The notes beneath the pieces were generated by a model. The model saw only the letters and a program-made list of their open reading frames with translations. It did not search any database and was not told the DNA's origin. Of a stretch of DNA of 64,000 bases, positions 22,768 through 32,536 are shown piece by piece. The DNA is taken from the NCBI RefSeq assembly GCF_965240435.1, contig NZ_CBDEKO010000003.1. One strand, 5' to 3'. Numbering within the stretch: the stretch's first letter is position 1; each line of letters begins with the position of its first letter. The DNA is from Moorena producens. Its GTDB lineage: Bacteria; Cyanobacteriota; Cyanobacteriia; Cyanobacteriales; Coleofasciculaceae. Made by a program: the position numbers and the translations under genes.

Positions 22768-23628
22768 CTACTCCTGTTCCTGGCTAGATGGTATAAACCC
22801 TGATTCGAGCAGATGGTTGCCTCCTTCTTTGCTAAAGGCGAAGTCAATAAAGGTTTCGGAGATATCTGAGGGGGTCTGGCGATAGACGATGCCAAGACGA
22901 CGCACCATTGTATACTTACCTGACTTAATGTTTTCGGGGGTGGGTTCCACGCCATCGAGGCTGAGGCGGTTCACAGGTAGCTGATTAGCGATCGCATAGG
23001 CCAGGGAAAAAGCACCGATGCTGTAGGGTGTACTCTGAACTGCTGCAATTAAATCAGCTTCGTGGCGCAAAATCACTGCTTCTGGAGCATTCTTGAGGTC
23101 TGACCCAAGGTAATATTTCCGCAATAGTTTCTTGGCTGACTCATCCTCATGTCGATCCAGCACGATAATTGTTGCGTCTGGTCCCCCTACCTTTTGCCAA
23201 TTGGTCACCTTGCCGCTGTAGATTGCCTTGAGTTGTTCGGTTTGCAAGTTGGTCACTCCTGCGACACTAGGGTGAGTTGCTACTACTAAACCATCTTTAG
23301 CGATTTCCCGATATACTAAAGAGCCATCATCCTCCTCTGGTTTCAACGTTCTGGTAACAGTACCAAGATCAACCAATTTGTCTTTAGTGCCAGCGATCCC
23401 ACCAGGGGATTGACTTTTTGGCAAAAAGGTAATGACTGTGTTTTCAGTCTTGGCTTCATAGGCAGCAGCTAATACCTTCATGGCTGGATAGGGACTCCCT
23501 GCCCCAGTAATCTTGATTTCCTGCTGGGCTTGTTGGAGATTGGTGGCTTGCTTGCTGTTGGGGGTGCAGCTTACCAACATGGCTAGGCTCGTCCCTAGAG
23601 CTAGAGTAAACCAGGTATTTAACTTCAT
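22768..23628 (-). CDS. Periplasmic substrate-binding protein, PstS/PBP-like-2 family
   Basis: Lipoprotein-like signal peptide (LAMLVSC) and an ITGAGSPYP...GGIAG...IGAFSLAY pattern typical of phosphate-binding-protein-like PBPs. It lies immediately upstream of kinase B and is probably co-transcribed with it. Confidence 0.65.
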   Translation of the reverse strand: MKLNTWFTLALGTSLAMLVSCTPNSKQATNLQQAQQEIKITGAGSPYPAMKVLAAAYEAKTENTVITFLPKSQSPGGIAGTKDKLVDLGTVTRTLKPEEDDGSLVYREIAKDGLVVATHPSVAGVTNLQTEQLKAIYSGKVTNWQKVGGPDATIIVLDRHEDESAKKLLRKYYLGSDLKNAPEAVILRHEADLIAAVQSTPYSIGAFSLAYAIANQLPVNRLSLDGVEPTPENIKSGKYTMVRRLGIVYRQTPSDISETFIDFAFSKEGGNHLLESGFIPSSQEQE

Positions 23629-23959
23629 TAGACATCTCCAATAAACTATTAATTTTACTCTTGATAATCACGAGTTTTTGGTGAGCCTCAGACATGCCTT
23701 GAGCAACTTAGGTTCTAGTGCCAGAGTCAATGCCATAAAGGTGCAACACGACCCTTTTTGAAGGAGACAAGGGAGCCTGTTAAAGGTTTGAATGAATTGA
23801 TTGAAACCGTCTTTGACAATCACGATTGATTGGTTAAGTTCATTTTTAATCTAGTCATAGAATATCCTCCTCAAGAGAGATGCAGCCATTGTCTTTTATT
23901 ACTATTATATTTAAACTATTGCGAATACTTTCCAGTTATGGTATTCTACAATAGCCATA

Positions 23960-24001
23960 TTATAGAGTTCCCAGCTAATCTTACCAAATAACAGTTTCAG
24001 C
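23960..24001 (-). promoter_or_regulatory. Copy 2 of the recurring promoter module (CTGAAACTGTTATTTGGTAAGATTAGCTGGGAACTCTATAAT)
   Basis: -35 TTGGTA, a 17-nt spacer, -10 TATAAT. It is followed by a conserved leader and a 12-codon relic ORF. Confidence 0.5.
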
Positions 24002-24092
24002 TTAATCTCTAGTTTATTTCATTACTTTTTCCATGGGATATCATTGGTTATACTCAGATATTGCACAAAGTTTAAAATTTATCTGTAAAGGC

Positions 24093-24192
24093 AGGGAACA
24101 GCGGATCTGGGAACAGCGGATCTGGGAACAGCGGATCTGGGAACAGCGGATCTGGGAACAGCGGATCTGGGAACAGCGGATCTGGGAACAGA
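24093..24192. repeat. Tandem 15-mer GGGAACAGCGGATCT x~6.7
   Basis: Direct reading. One inverted copy (CCAGATCCGCTGTTCCC) lies at 24474-24492. Confidence 0.9.
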
Positions 24193-24461
24193 CTATTTTT
24201 GGTTTTGTACAAAAAATTATTTTTAGTTAGCAAATTATGTAAAAATTTTCAAAGGTATGTGAAGCGTTAAAATTTACTAACCCAAAATAATCTTGTGGAT
24301 TTGTTATTAATATTTAATTGTGATATAGCATTGATTATATGCTTATACTTATAAGCTACATTTAATTTTATTACCTATACTCCCTACTCCCTACTCCCTT
24401 TACTATATAGCGTTTATCATAGCTATGAGGTACAGATATTTTTTTTACTTATTACCTATTC

Positions 24462-24565
24462 CCTGCTCCCTGTTCCCAGATCCGCTGTTCCCTGTTCCCT
24501 ACTCCCTACTCCCTACTCCCTACTCCCTACTCCCTGCTCCCTACTCCCTACTCCCTACTCCCGTT
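24462..24565. repeat. STRR-like heptamer arrays (CTCCCTA/CTCCCTG), the 3' flank of kinase C
   Basis: Direct reading. A smaller block lies at 24379-24405. Confidence 0.9.
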
Positions 24566-24575
24566 GCTATAATAA

Positions 24576-26903
24576 TTATTGCTCCCGATATTGCTGAATA
24601 AACTTTCGGATTTTCTTGAGGTTAAACTCTTCGGCTAATTGACGGAGATGTTGGCTAAATGGGATTAATTGATCATCAGATTTTTCCAGGATTTCCACTT
24701 GTTTTAAAATCTCGCTAATTAAGCCAGTCTTCGCCAGATCGTACAGCTGGTCTAGTGCTTCTTTTGAGGGGGGCACTATCAAGTTTTCAGTTTTGAGGGA
24801 GGATGGTGCCTTGGCCGTGACGTTTTTATCTTTATTTTCTTCTCCTTCATAAACCCATTCTAGTTTCAGATGTCCCCGTAACTTCTCTAATAGCTTTTTT
24901 GACTCTACTGGCTTGGGCAGAAAATCATCCGCTCCCGCGTCAATACTGTGATGCTGGTGATCATCAAACACACTGGCTGAACAAGCGATCAATGGCACTG
25001 ATGAGAATTGGGAGGATTCTCGCAACCGTCGGATCATCTCAAAACCATCCATCTGTGGCATCAACAAGTCAGTAATAATCAGATCCGGTTGGAACTGTTT
25101 AGCTTTGTCCAAACCTTCTTTACCATTGGTTGCTTCTTCGAGTTCAAAGCCAAGGGGAGCGAGCAGATTCACCAATACCCAGCGATTTTCTTGTTTATCA
25201 TCCACCACCAGAATTTTGCGCTCAATGCCAAGGAAACCAATAATTGTCTGATCAGGAACAATCACATCAGTTACTTCTGTAGCTTCTGGCAAGTCCAAAT
25301 CAAACCAAAATACACTGCCCACACCCAGCTGGCTTTGCACTTCCAACGTAGACCCCATCATCTCAAGTAGTTTCTGAGTAATGGCTAATCCCAATCCGGT
25401 GCCTTCGGCTCGACTTAAGGCATTCCCCACCTGCTCGAAAGGCAACACTATGCGTTCGATGTGTTCCGGACTCATACCAATACCGGTGTCTTCAATTTCA
25501 AACCGAATTGTTCTGATCACTCCATGGTTGTTTAGCTTTTTGTCTTCCTTTGTTGTTAAGGGCTTTGACTCCAGTACATTTACCTTGAAGGTCACTGCTC
25601 CAGTGTCAGTAAATTTAATCCCATTACCGAGTAAGTTGATTAGTATTTGTCGCAGGCGTTTTTCATCGGCATGGATGTGATTGGGCAGTTGAGCAAAGGG
25701 TTGGTAACTAAAGGAAATTTCCTTCTGATCAGCGCGGATACAGCAGATGTCAACTAGGTTTTCTAAAAAGGAGGGAAAATGAAAATTCCTTGGGTACAGT
25801 TCCATTTTCTTGGCCTCGATTTTAGAAATGTCTAAAATATCGTTAATCAAGGTCAGTAGGTGGTTGCCACATTGGTGGATGACACGGATGCCCTTGAGTT
25901 CCTCAGGACTTATGATTTTAGAGCGTTGGAGGATTTGGGTATAACCGAGGATGCCATTGAGGGGAGTGCGCAGTTCATGACTCATATTGGCCAGGAACTC
26001 ACTTTTGGCACGGTTGGCAATTTCAGCGCTTTCTTTAGCCCCTTGTAATTCTTCCCTCAGGAGCTGTTGACGTTGAATTTCTACATCTTGAGCTGCTAAC
26101 AGTGTTTTACTGGTATAGAAGGCTAATAAGGCTGCGGTTGAAATTGATGCAATCATGCTAATCAAAATGATTCGAGTCCGAAGCCTTTCAGAAGCCTCTA
26201 GGACAGCTTTGGCATGTGGTCTTTCCTCCTCAACCTCCTCTATTATTTCCTCAAGATCATAGACGAAACTCCTGAGGTTTAGCCCTAAAGGACTCTTGCT
26301 TAAATCTAAAAACTTTTTTTGGGCTTTCTCGATGTGTTCTGGGGTCAAATTCGACGGATCAATTTGCCGCAATAGTGCCTCTATACGTTGGGTGTATACT
26401 TGTATTAGGCTGTCATAATTTTTGATAAGGTTATTTAAAAGTTCAAGTTCCTCTGCTAGCTCATCCACCTCTGGATTTTTGTAAGAGTCTTTTAAGGCCA
26501 ACCAGTTTTGCTGGGCTAATCTGGAATGCTTTTTAAAACGAGAATACTCTTCATGAAAAATCTCTGGTTGCTGGAACAAAACAGCAAAGTATTGATGGTG
26601 TATTTGTACTTCCAGCAGGTAACGTTGCAAGTCCATGAGAAGCTCGCTTTCTTCTAAGGTATCTTCTCTTAAGTTCTGAGCATAGTTTTGGTAGTTATTG
26701 CCAATAAGGAGTCCAACTGTTGTTCCCAGGACAGCAATCCCAAGGGCAATACCATACCCATAGGCAATCTTTTGAGTGATACTAAGGCGATTTAGCTGCT
26801 TTCTGAACCAAACAACAGGAGCTGTTAAGGGATGGGATGAGTTGGTTGAAACCATATTTGACAATGAAGATGTGGTGCTTGGGTCTGTTTTTAATTTAGT
26901 CAT
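24576..26903 (-). CDS. Sensor hybrid histidine kinase paralog C (TM, helical sensor region, TM, HisKA, HATPase_c, REC, conserved C-terminal tail)
   Basis: The track ORF starts at 26933. The start MTKLKTDP at 26903 is preferred because a GAGGAGGA RBS lies 6 nt upstream of it. Confidence 0.9.
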   Translation of the reverse strand: MTKLKTDPSTTSSLSNMVSTNSSHPLTAPVVWFRKQLNRLSITQKIAYGYGIALGIAVLGTTVGLLIGNNYQNYAQNLREDTLEESELLMDLQRYLLEVQIHHQYFAVLFQQPEIFHEEYSRFKKHSRLAQQNWLALKDSYKNPEVDELAEELELLNNLIKNYDSLIQVYTQRIEALLRQIDPSNLTPEHIEKAQKKFLDLSKSPLGLNLRSFVYDLEEIIEEVEEERPHAKAVLEASERLRTRIILISMIASISTAALLAFYTSKTLLAAQDVEIQRQQLLREELQGAKESAEIANRAKSEFLANMSHELRTPLNGILGYTQILQRSKIISPEELKGIRVIHQCGNHLLTLINDILDISKIEAKKMELYPRNFHFPSFLENLVDICCIRADQKEISFSYQPFAQLPNHIHADEKRLRQILINLLGNGIKFTDTGAVTFKVNVLESKPLTTKEDKKLNNHGVIRTIRFEIEDTGIGMSPEHIERIVLPFEQVGNALSRAEGTGLGLAITQKLLEMMGSTLEVQSQLGVGSVFWFDLDLPEATEVTDVIVPDQTIIGFLGIERKILVVDDKQENRWVLVNLLAPLGFELEEATNGKEGLDKAKQFQPDLIITDLLMPQMDGFEMIRRLRESSQFSSVPLIACSASVFDDHQHHSIDAGADDFLPKPVESKKLLEKLRGHLKLEWVYEGEENKDKNVTAKAPSSLKTENLIVPPSKEALDQLYDLAKTGLISEILKQVEILEKSDDQLIPFSQHLRQLAEEFNLKKIRKFIQQYREQ

Positions 26904-27042
26904 ATATATCCTCCTCAAGGGAGATGTAGCCATTATTTTTTAGTACTATTAAAAACTATTGCGAATTATTTAATAATTGTGGGGTTGTACATACCGGGGT
27001 TGTAGATACAATTGTAAATAAAGTGGTAAATACAATAGTTAT

Positions 27043-27085
27043 ATTATAGAATTCCCAACCAGTCTTACCCAAGTAACAGTTTCAG
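27043..27085 (-). promoter_or_regulatory. Copy 3 of the recurring promoter module
   Basis: Minus-strand sense CTGAAACTGTTACTTGGGTAAGACTGGTTGGGAATTCTATAAT. Confidence 0.5.
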
Positions 27086-27156
27086 TCTCCTATCAATTAC
27101 CCTTGCTTCTTTCGTTTGGTATTTATAGTGTTAGTCACCAGGTTGATCTAATTACT

Positions 27157-29382
27157 TTACAGGTATTGTTTGATGAATTCTCGAATTTTTTTGATTTGAA
27201 ATTTTTCGGATAATTGACGGATAGCTTGGGAAAATGGTATAAATATATCATCATTTTTTTCTAGCTCATCGACTTCCTCTAAAAGGTCATTGATTAAGCC
27301 TGACATAGCCAGATCGTAGAGGTAGACTAGTTTTTCTTTTGGAGGACTAACAATTTGTGTTGTTTGAAGTGATATGTTTTTATAATTATGATTTTTTTGT
27401 TCTTGACATTCAACAACTTTTTTATGATTTTTGTGAAAATTTATTTCATGGTATTCTGGATAAGTTTGTACGTCTAAATCTATAGTAAAAATACTCCCTT
27501 TGCCTGGTTTACTCTCGACATTAATGTCACCTCCCATCATCTTGACAAGTTTCTGGGTAATTGCTAAACCCAGTCCAGTACCTTCCACATAACCAGAGAT
27601 ATTTTCTAGCTTTTCAAAGGGCAAAAATAGTTGAGATAATTGCTCGCTATTCATCCCAATACCGGTGTCTTTTACTTCAAAGCGAATAGTGGTAAGATGT
27701 TGGAGTTTATTTGTTATTTCATCTTTAGCATTTTTCCTTGATTCAAGGACACTAACCTTAAAGGCTACTCCCCCTGTTTCAGTAAATTTAATGCCATTGT
27801 CGAGTAAGTTAATCAGCACTTGTCGCAAGCGTTTTTCGTCAACAGTAATTGCTCTAGGTAGTCGAGAAGTCGCTTGGTAACTATAGGAAATACCCTTTTG
27901 GTCTGCTTTCACCTGACAAATTGCCACGATGTCCTTCAAGAAGGTACCAAAATCAAGCGTTTGGGGGTGGAGTTCTAATTGATCAGCTTCAATTGTACAG
28001 AGGTCTAAAATCTCATTGATCAGGCTGAGCAGATTAGAGCCGCACTGCTCGATAATATCAATACCTTTTTTGTCGTTAGCAGTTAGACTAGTTGATTTTT
28101 TCAGGATTTGAGCGTAACCCAAAATACCGTTGAGGGGAGTACGGACTTCGTGGCTGATGTTGGCAAGAAATATACTTTTAGCACGGTTAGCAGCTTCACT
28201 TTCCACTGCTGCCCGAACTGCTGCTTCTTTAGCTTTCTGGAGTTCCACTGTCCGTTGCTCAACTCGCTGTTCTAGCTGTCTTTCACTCTCCACCAGTGCT
28301 GCTACTGCTGAGATGCGATCGCTAATATAGATAGCTAGCAATATGGTCAGTAATAGTCCCCCCAAGGAAACAGTCCAGGGATACCAGGTTCTTCGACTCG
28401 CTATATATTCGGAATTGGGCTTAGACAGAATCAACCATTTCTGTCCTGAGACATCAAGAATTACAGTATGGTGTAACCCATTTCTGAGGGTAGCAAGGTT
28501 TTCGTCCTTCAAGTCCTTTGATGCTTTGGGTGTACTAGATGAATAGGTATAGAGCAATCGCTCGTCTGTTGGCGCAGATTCGTGAAACAGATAAACATCA
28601 ATCCCCCTCGGTTGTCGATACTTTAAAGCCCTGTCTACAATGTCTCCAATCAAAAACGCACTTGAGGCAAAACCTTCCAGATTTTGGCGACGGGATATAA
28701 CTGAATTAGTAGGTGTATTTTGTCGATAAATTGGCCATAAAATTAGGAATCCTAGTTGGTGCTGGGTGTTTTTATGCATTAATTTCATCGGTGCAGTTGC
28801 GATCGCTTTGCCACTATCCCGTGATAATTCCAAAGCTTCTAAACTTAGAGAATTCGAGGCTAGGTCAAATCCCAACATTGTCTCATTATCGTGGTATGGC
28901 TCAAGAAAATAGACCGGAAAATATTCTTCTCTGGGTTTAGCCTTAATCAGCTCTCCCTGAGGATTCTTTTCTGTAATTTTAAAGTTAGGAAAATCCTCTT
29001 GTTTGGCAGCTTGTTCGTAAGCGGATCGTTGCTCATGGGGTACCCAAGGAATCCACTGTAGGGCTTGAATATCTGAATGATTTGACAAGTAAGGCTTGAC
29101 AAACGTCCGAAATTCCTGACGAGTCACTTTTTCGGAGGCAGCATAGACCCCAACAATCGATTCCAGTTGGTGTAGATTTTTCTCAAGGCTTCTTTGGAGC
29201 AAGGAAACAATATCCTTGGCATCTTGTTCAAACTCTTTTTCGATGGTTTTGTTTTCCAAATTCCAAGTTCCCATGAACGTTAGTAGGGAAAACATAACCC
29301 CTGTAAAAATAGTTATTGCTAGGGGCAGAGAATGGACTGTTTTTTGGAGATTTATTAGAGTATTAAGTAGTTTGTTATTCAT
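27157..29382 (-). CDS. Sensor histidine kinase paralog D (TM, CHASE domain, TM, HisKA, HATPase_c, conserved C-terminal tail, no REC)
   Basis: The periplasmic region (EFRTFVKPYLSNHSDIQALQWIPWV...YFPVYFLEPY...LGFDLAS) is CHASE-like. It has an H-box and G-boxes, and the tail is ...LYDLAMSGLINDLLEEVDELEKNDDIFIPFSQAIRQLSEKFQIKKIREFIKQYL. Confidence 0.85.
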   Translation of the reverse strand: MNNKLLNTLINLQKTVHSLPLAITIFTGVMFSLLTFMGTWNLENKTIEKEFEQDAKDIVSLLQRSLEKNLHQLESIVGVYAASEKVTRQEFRTFVKPYLSNHSDIQALQWIPWVPHEQRSAYEQAAKQEDFPNFKITEKNPQGELIKAKPREEYFPVYFLEPYHDNETMLGFDLASNSLSLEALELSRDSGKAIATAPMKLMHKNTQHQLGFLILWPIYRQNTPTNSVISRRQNLEGFASSAFLIGDIVDRALKYRQPRGIDVYLFHESAPTDERLLYTYSSSTPKASKDLKDENLATLRNGLHHTVILDVSGQKWLILSKPNSEYIASRRTWYPWTVSLGGLLLTILLAIYISDRISAVAALVESERQLEQRVEQRTVELQKAKEAAVRAAVESEAANRAKSIFLANISHEVRTPLNGILGYAQILKKSTSLTANDKKGIDIIEQCGSNLLSLINEILDLCTIEADQLELHPQTLDFGTFLKDIVAICQVKADQKGISYSYQATSRLPRAITVDEKRLRQVLINLLDNGIKFTETGGVAFKVSVLESRKNAKDEITNKLQHLTTIRFEVKDTGIGMNSEQLSQLFLPFEKLENISGYVEGTGLGLAITQKLVKMMGGDINVESKPGKGSIFTIDLDVQTYPEYHEINFHKNHKKVVECQEQKNHNYKNISLQTTQIVSPPKEKLVYLYDLAMSGLINDLLEEVDELEKNDDIFIPFSQAIRQLSEKFQIKKIREFIKQYL

Positions 29383-29504
29383 AATATTACCTTTGCTTAG
29401 TCACTTATGACATCAATCTTAATGTTTGTAATTAGTCATTATCTGAAATCTAAAAAATAGGCTACAGATAACTTGTTATGAAATCAACAAGGCATAGTCT
29501 GAAT

Positions 29505-32336
29505 TCACTGAATATAGTCTTTAATAAAATTTCTAATTTTTTTCAACTGAAAATTTTGAGCTAATTCACGGATATGTTGGACAAAATCACTAGTGTTTGG
29601 ATCAGATTTTTCTAGGTTATCGATTTGTTTTAAAAGGTCATTGATTAAGCCTGCCCTAGCCAGATCGTAAAGTTGGGAAAGTTTCTCGACTGGAGGAGTC
29701 ACAATCTCTAGGGTTTGAGATGAGATGTTTTTCTTCTTCCTACTTCCTCCTTCCTGCCTTGCTTGATAAATCCATTCCAGTTTCAGATGCACTTGTAACA
29801 TCTCTAGTAGCTTTTCTGCCTCTACTGGTTTAGGCAAAAAATCATCCGCTCCAGCCTCACTACTTTTTTCCTTGTCGGTGTCAAATACACTAGCCGAAGA
29901 CGCAATCACTACTTTTGAGTGCAATTGGGGGGATTGTCGCAACTGTCGGATCATCTCAAAGCCATCCATCTGTGGCATCAACAAGTCAGTGATAATCAGG
30001 TCTGGTGGAAATGCTGTGGCTTCCTCTAAACCCTCTTGACCACTGCTAGCCTCCACTAGTTCAAATCCCAGGGGAGCCAGCAGATTTACAATCACCCAGC
30101 GATTTTCTTGTTTATCATCCACCACCAGAATTGTGGGTGGCTGACCTTTGAAGCCAATAATCCCTCTTTGAGGAGTCATGGGTTTGGATGCAGCTGTGGT
30201 TTCTTTTAACTGCAAATCGAACCAAAACACAGTGCCAATGCCCAACTGGCTGCTTACTTCTAACTTAGACCCCATCATCTGAACCAGTTTCTGAGTAATG
30301 GCTAATCCCAATCCGGTCCCTTGTGCTTTATTTAAGGGATTCCCCACTTGCTCGAAAGGCAAAAATATCCGTTCGATTTGTTCCGGACTCATGCCAATAC
30401 CCGTGTCTTCAATTTTAAATCGAATTGTTGTTAACAGTTCTTGGCTATTGGTCATGTGTCCATTCTCCTTCTCCCTTGATTTAAGGACACTTACTGTAAA
30501 CTTAACGTCTCCAGTGTCAGTAAACTTAATCCCATTACCCAGTAAGTTAATCAGCACTTGTCGCAGGCGTTTTTCATCAGCGTGTATGCCGGTGGGAAGT
30601 TCAGAAAGGGGTTGGTAAGTAAACAAAATGTCCTTGTTTTGAACTCTGATTTCGCAGATGTCAATCAGGTTCTGAAGAAAAGATGGAAAATGAAAATCTG
30701 TCCGGTAGAGTTCCATTTTACCTGCTTCAATTTTGGACAGGTCTAAAATGTCATTAATCAGGGTTAGCAGATGATTACCACATTGATGGATAATGTCAAT
30801 CCCCTTGAGAGACTGATCAGACAAGCTTTTGGAGCGTTTCAGGATTTGGGTGTAACCGAGGATGCCATTGAGAGGGGTGCGCAGTTCATGGCTGATGTTG
30901 GCGAGAAATTCGCTTTTGGCACGGTTGGCCACTGCGCTTTGCGCCGCAGCGCGAACGGCTGCTTCTTTTGCCTGTTTGAGGTCTTCCTCAGCTTGTTTGC
31001 GATCGCTAATATCGGTTCTGATCGCCAAATACTGGTAAGGTTTGTCTCTATCATCCAAGAACGGTACAATGGTGGTATCGACCCAGTAATAGGTGCCATC
31101 TTTCGCTTGATTCTTAATTTCTCCCTGCCAAACTTGACCACTAGCAATAATTGACCAGAGGTTTCGGAAGAATTCCTTGGGGTGGTAATTGGAATTGATC
31201 AATAGATGGCTTTGTCCAATCAGTTCTTCCCTAGAATATTTAGAGATATGACAGAACCGATCATTGACATAGGTAATTACCCCTTTTTGGTCAGTAATAG
31301 CTAGGATTGAACCTTGATCTAAAGCATACTTGAAATCTGATAATTCTTTGACTGACCTTTGCAGTTTTTCCTCTGTTTCTTGTTGTTTAGCAATCTCTAA
31401 GACCAGACGTTTATTCACATGTTCTAGTGTACAATAGGTACGCTGATAATCCAGTATTAATCCTACTAGGGGGATCAGGTAGGCAATAATTTTGAGGAAA
31501 TGGGCGATATGGAAATGACTGTCGAAGAGTGCTTGTGAACCAAAAGCCATGTGGAGTTGGGCGACTGTATCGGGAATAGTACTCACAATTAAGGAGTAAG
31601 AGAACAGACTGGGATACCGTTGGTGAAAGCTTGGGTAAATAAAAATGCCAGCAGCAATAAACAGAAGCAATGGCAGGATGTCCCATGGTCGGGGGATAAT
31701 GAAGTTGGGAAATGTTGTTTCCGGCAGAAGCTCCCTGGTTGCACAGATGTGAATTATGCCATAGGCAATCAACCCAAACCCCAAGCTGACAATAATGACA
31801 AAACCCAAGCTGCTGGTTTGGTTTTTTTCTACCCAGCTTCTCCTTGAGAAAAGGCTAGTTCCTAGAATTAGGATTAGTGCATTGAAAAGCCGACAGAGTG
31901 TCCAGGTAAATGGAATTAAATTCCGATTATCGGCGACAGCATCAATTAAGTGCTCAGCAGCCACAGTATTAAAGGTATCCATCACACCAGCAAAAAAAAG
32001 TGATAGGCCGATGATAGGAACGATTGGGTCTTTGGTGATACTATAGTTTGTGAAGGCTAAGCAAACCGTAAAAACAGCCGTACAGACAGCACTCCACTCC
32101 AGGAGTGTGTGTACAAAACTTCCGGACAGGACGGAGTGCATGGCATCATGAAGTTCATGGGGTTCCCATTCAGAGGCTGCCGAGAGGTCAAACAGTTCCT
32201 GATGGGTACTAAAATCAACCCCTAATTGATGCAGAAGATAGGGTAAAATGCAGATAAAAACCACTGTCCAAACCAATGGTTTGGGGAATCTAGTTTGGCC
32301 GACAAGCCTGGCTTTTATCATAGTTTTCATTCCCAA
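29505..32336 (-). CDS. Sensor hybrid histidine kinase paralog E (multi-TM MASE1-like membrane domain, PAS, HisKA, HATPase_c, REC, conserved C-terminal tail)
   Basis: ~300-aa polytopic N-terminus, PAS (VNDRFCHISKYSREELIGQ), H-box [22 protein letters not shown] (ILVVDDKQENRW...[12 protein letters not shown]) and the tail. Confidence 0.9.
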   Translation of the reverse strand: MGMKTMIKARLVGQTRFPKPLVWTVVFICILPYLLHQLGVDFSTHQELFDLSAASEWEPHELHDAMHSVLSGSFVHTLLEWSAVCTAVFTVCLAFTNYSITKDPIVPIIGLSLFFAGVMDTFNTVAAEHLIDAVADNRNLIPFTWTLCRLFNALILILGTSLFSRRSWVEKNQTSSLGFVIIVSLGFGLIAYGIIHICATRELLPETTFPNFIIPRPWDILPLLLFIAAGIFIYPSFHQRYPSLFSYSLIVSTIPDTVAQLHMAFGSQALFDSHFHIAHFLKIIAYLIPLVGLILDYQRTYCTLEHVNKRLVLEIAKQQETEEKLQRSVKELSDFKYALDQGSILAITDQKGVITYVNDRFCHISKYSREELIGQSHLLINSNYHPKEFFRNLWSIIASGQVWQGEIKNQAKDGTYYWVDTTIVPFLDDRDKPYQYLAIRTDISDRKQAEEDLKQAKEAAVRAAAQSAVANRAKSEFLANISHELRTPLNGILGYTQILKRSKSLSDQSLKGIDIIHQCGNHLLTLINDILDLSKIEAGKMELYRTDFHFPSFLQNLIDICEIRVQNKDILFTYQPLSELPTGIHADEKRLRQVLINLLGNGIKFTDTGDVKFTVSVLKSREKENGHMTNSQELLTTIRFKIEDTGIGMSPEQIERIFLPFEQVGNPLNKAQGTGLGLAITQKLVQMMGSKLEVSSQLGIGTVFWFDLQLKETTAASKPMTPQRGIIGFKGQPPTILVVDDKQENRWVIVNLLAPLGFELVEASSGQEGLEEATAFPPDLIITDLLMPQMDGFEMIRQLRQSPQLHSKVVIASSASVFDTDKEKSSEAGADDFLPKPVEAEKLLEMLQVHLKLEWIYQARQEGGSRKKKNISSQTLEIVTPPVEKLSQLYDLARAGLINDLLKQIDNLEKSDPNTSDFVQHIRELAQNFQLKKIRNFIKDYIQ

Positions 32337-32536
32337 TATGGCTTTCGGTTTGATGAGTGATCAAGATGAGGAAGGTCTTTAGGTAAGACTTGGCTAAATC
32401 ATCCATGGCACCAATAGGCAATACCAAGTAGGGTTCTAGTGCTAGATTCGATTGACTCAGTGATGGGATAGCCTGGAGCTGTAATCATTTAGGGTTATAC
32501 TCATTGAACAATATGGACTTCTGTGAGGCCAGTTAC

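Noticed and set aside
16364-32336. The shared kinase C-terminal tail as an HPt phosphotransfer domain
   Set aside because: It has no H-x-x-K-G motif. The only His in the tail (FSQHLRQL) is Ala in paralog D (FSQAIRQL), so it is not a conserved phospho-acceptor.
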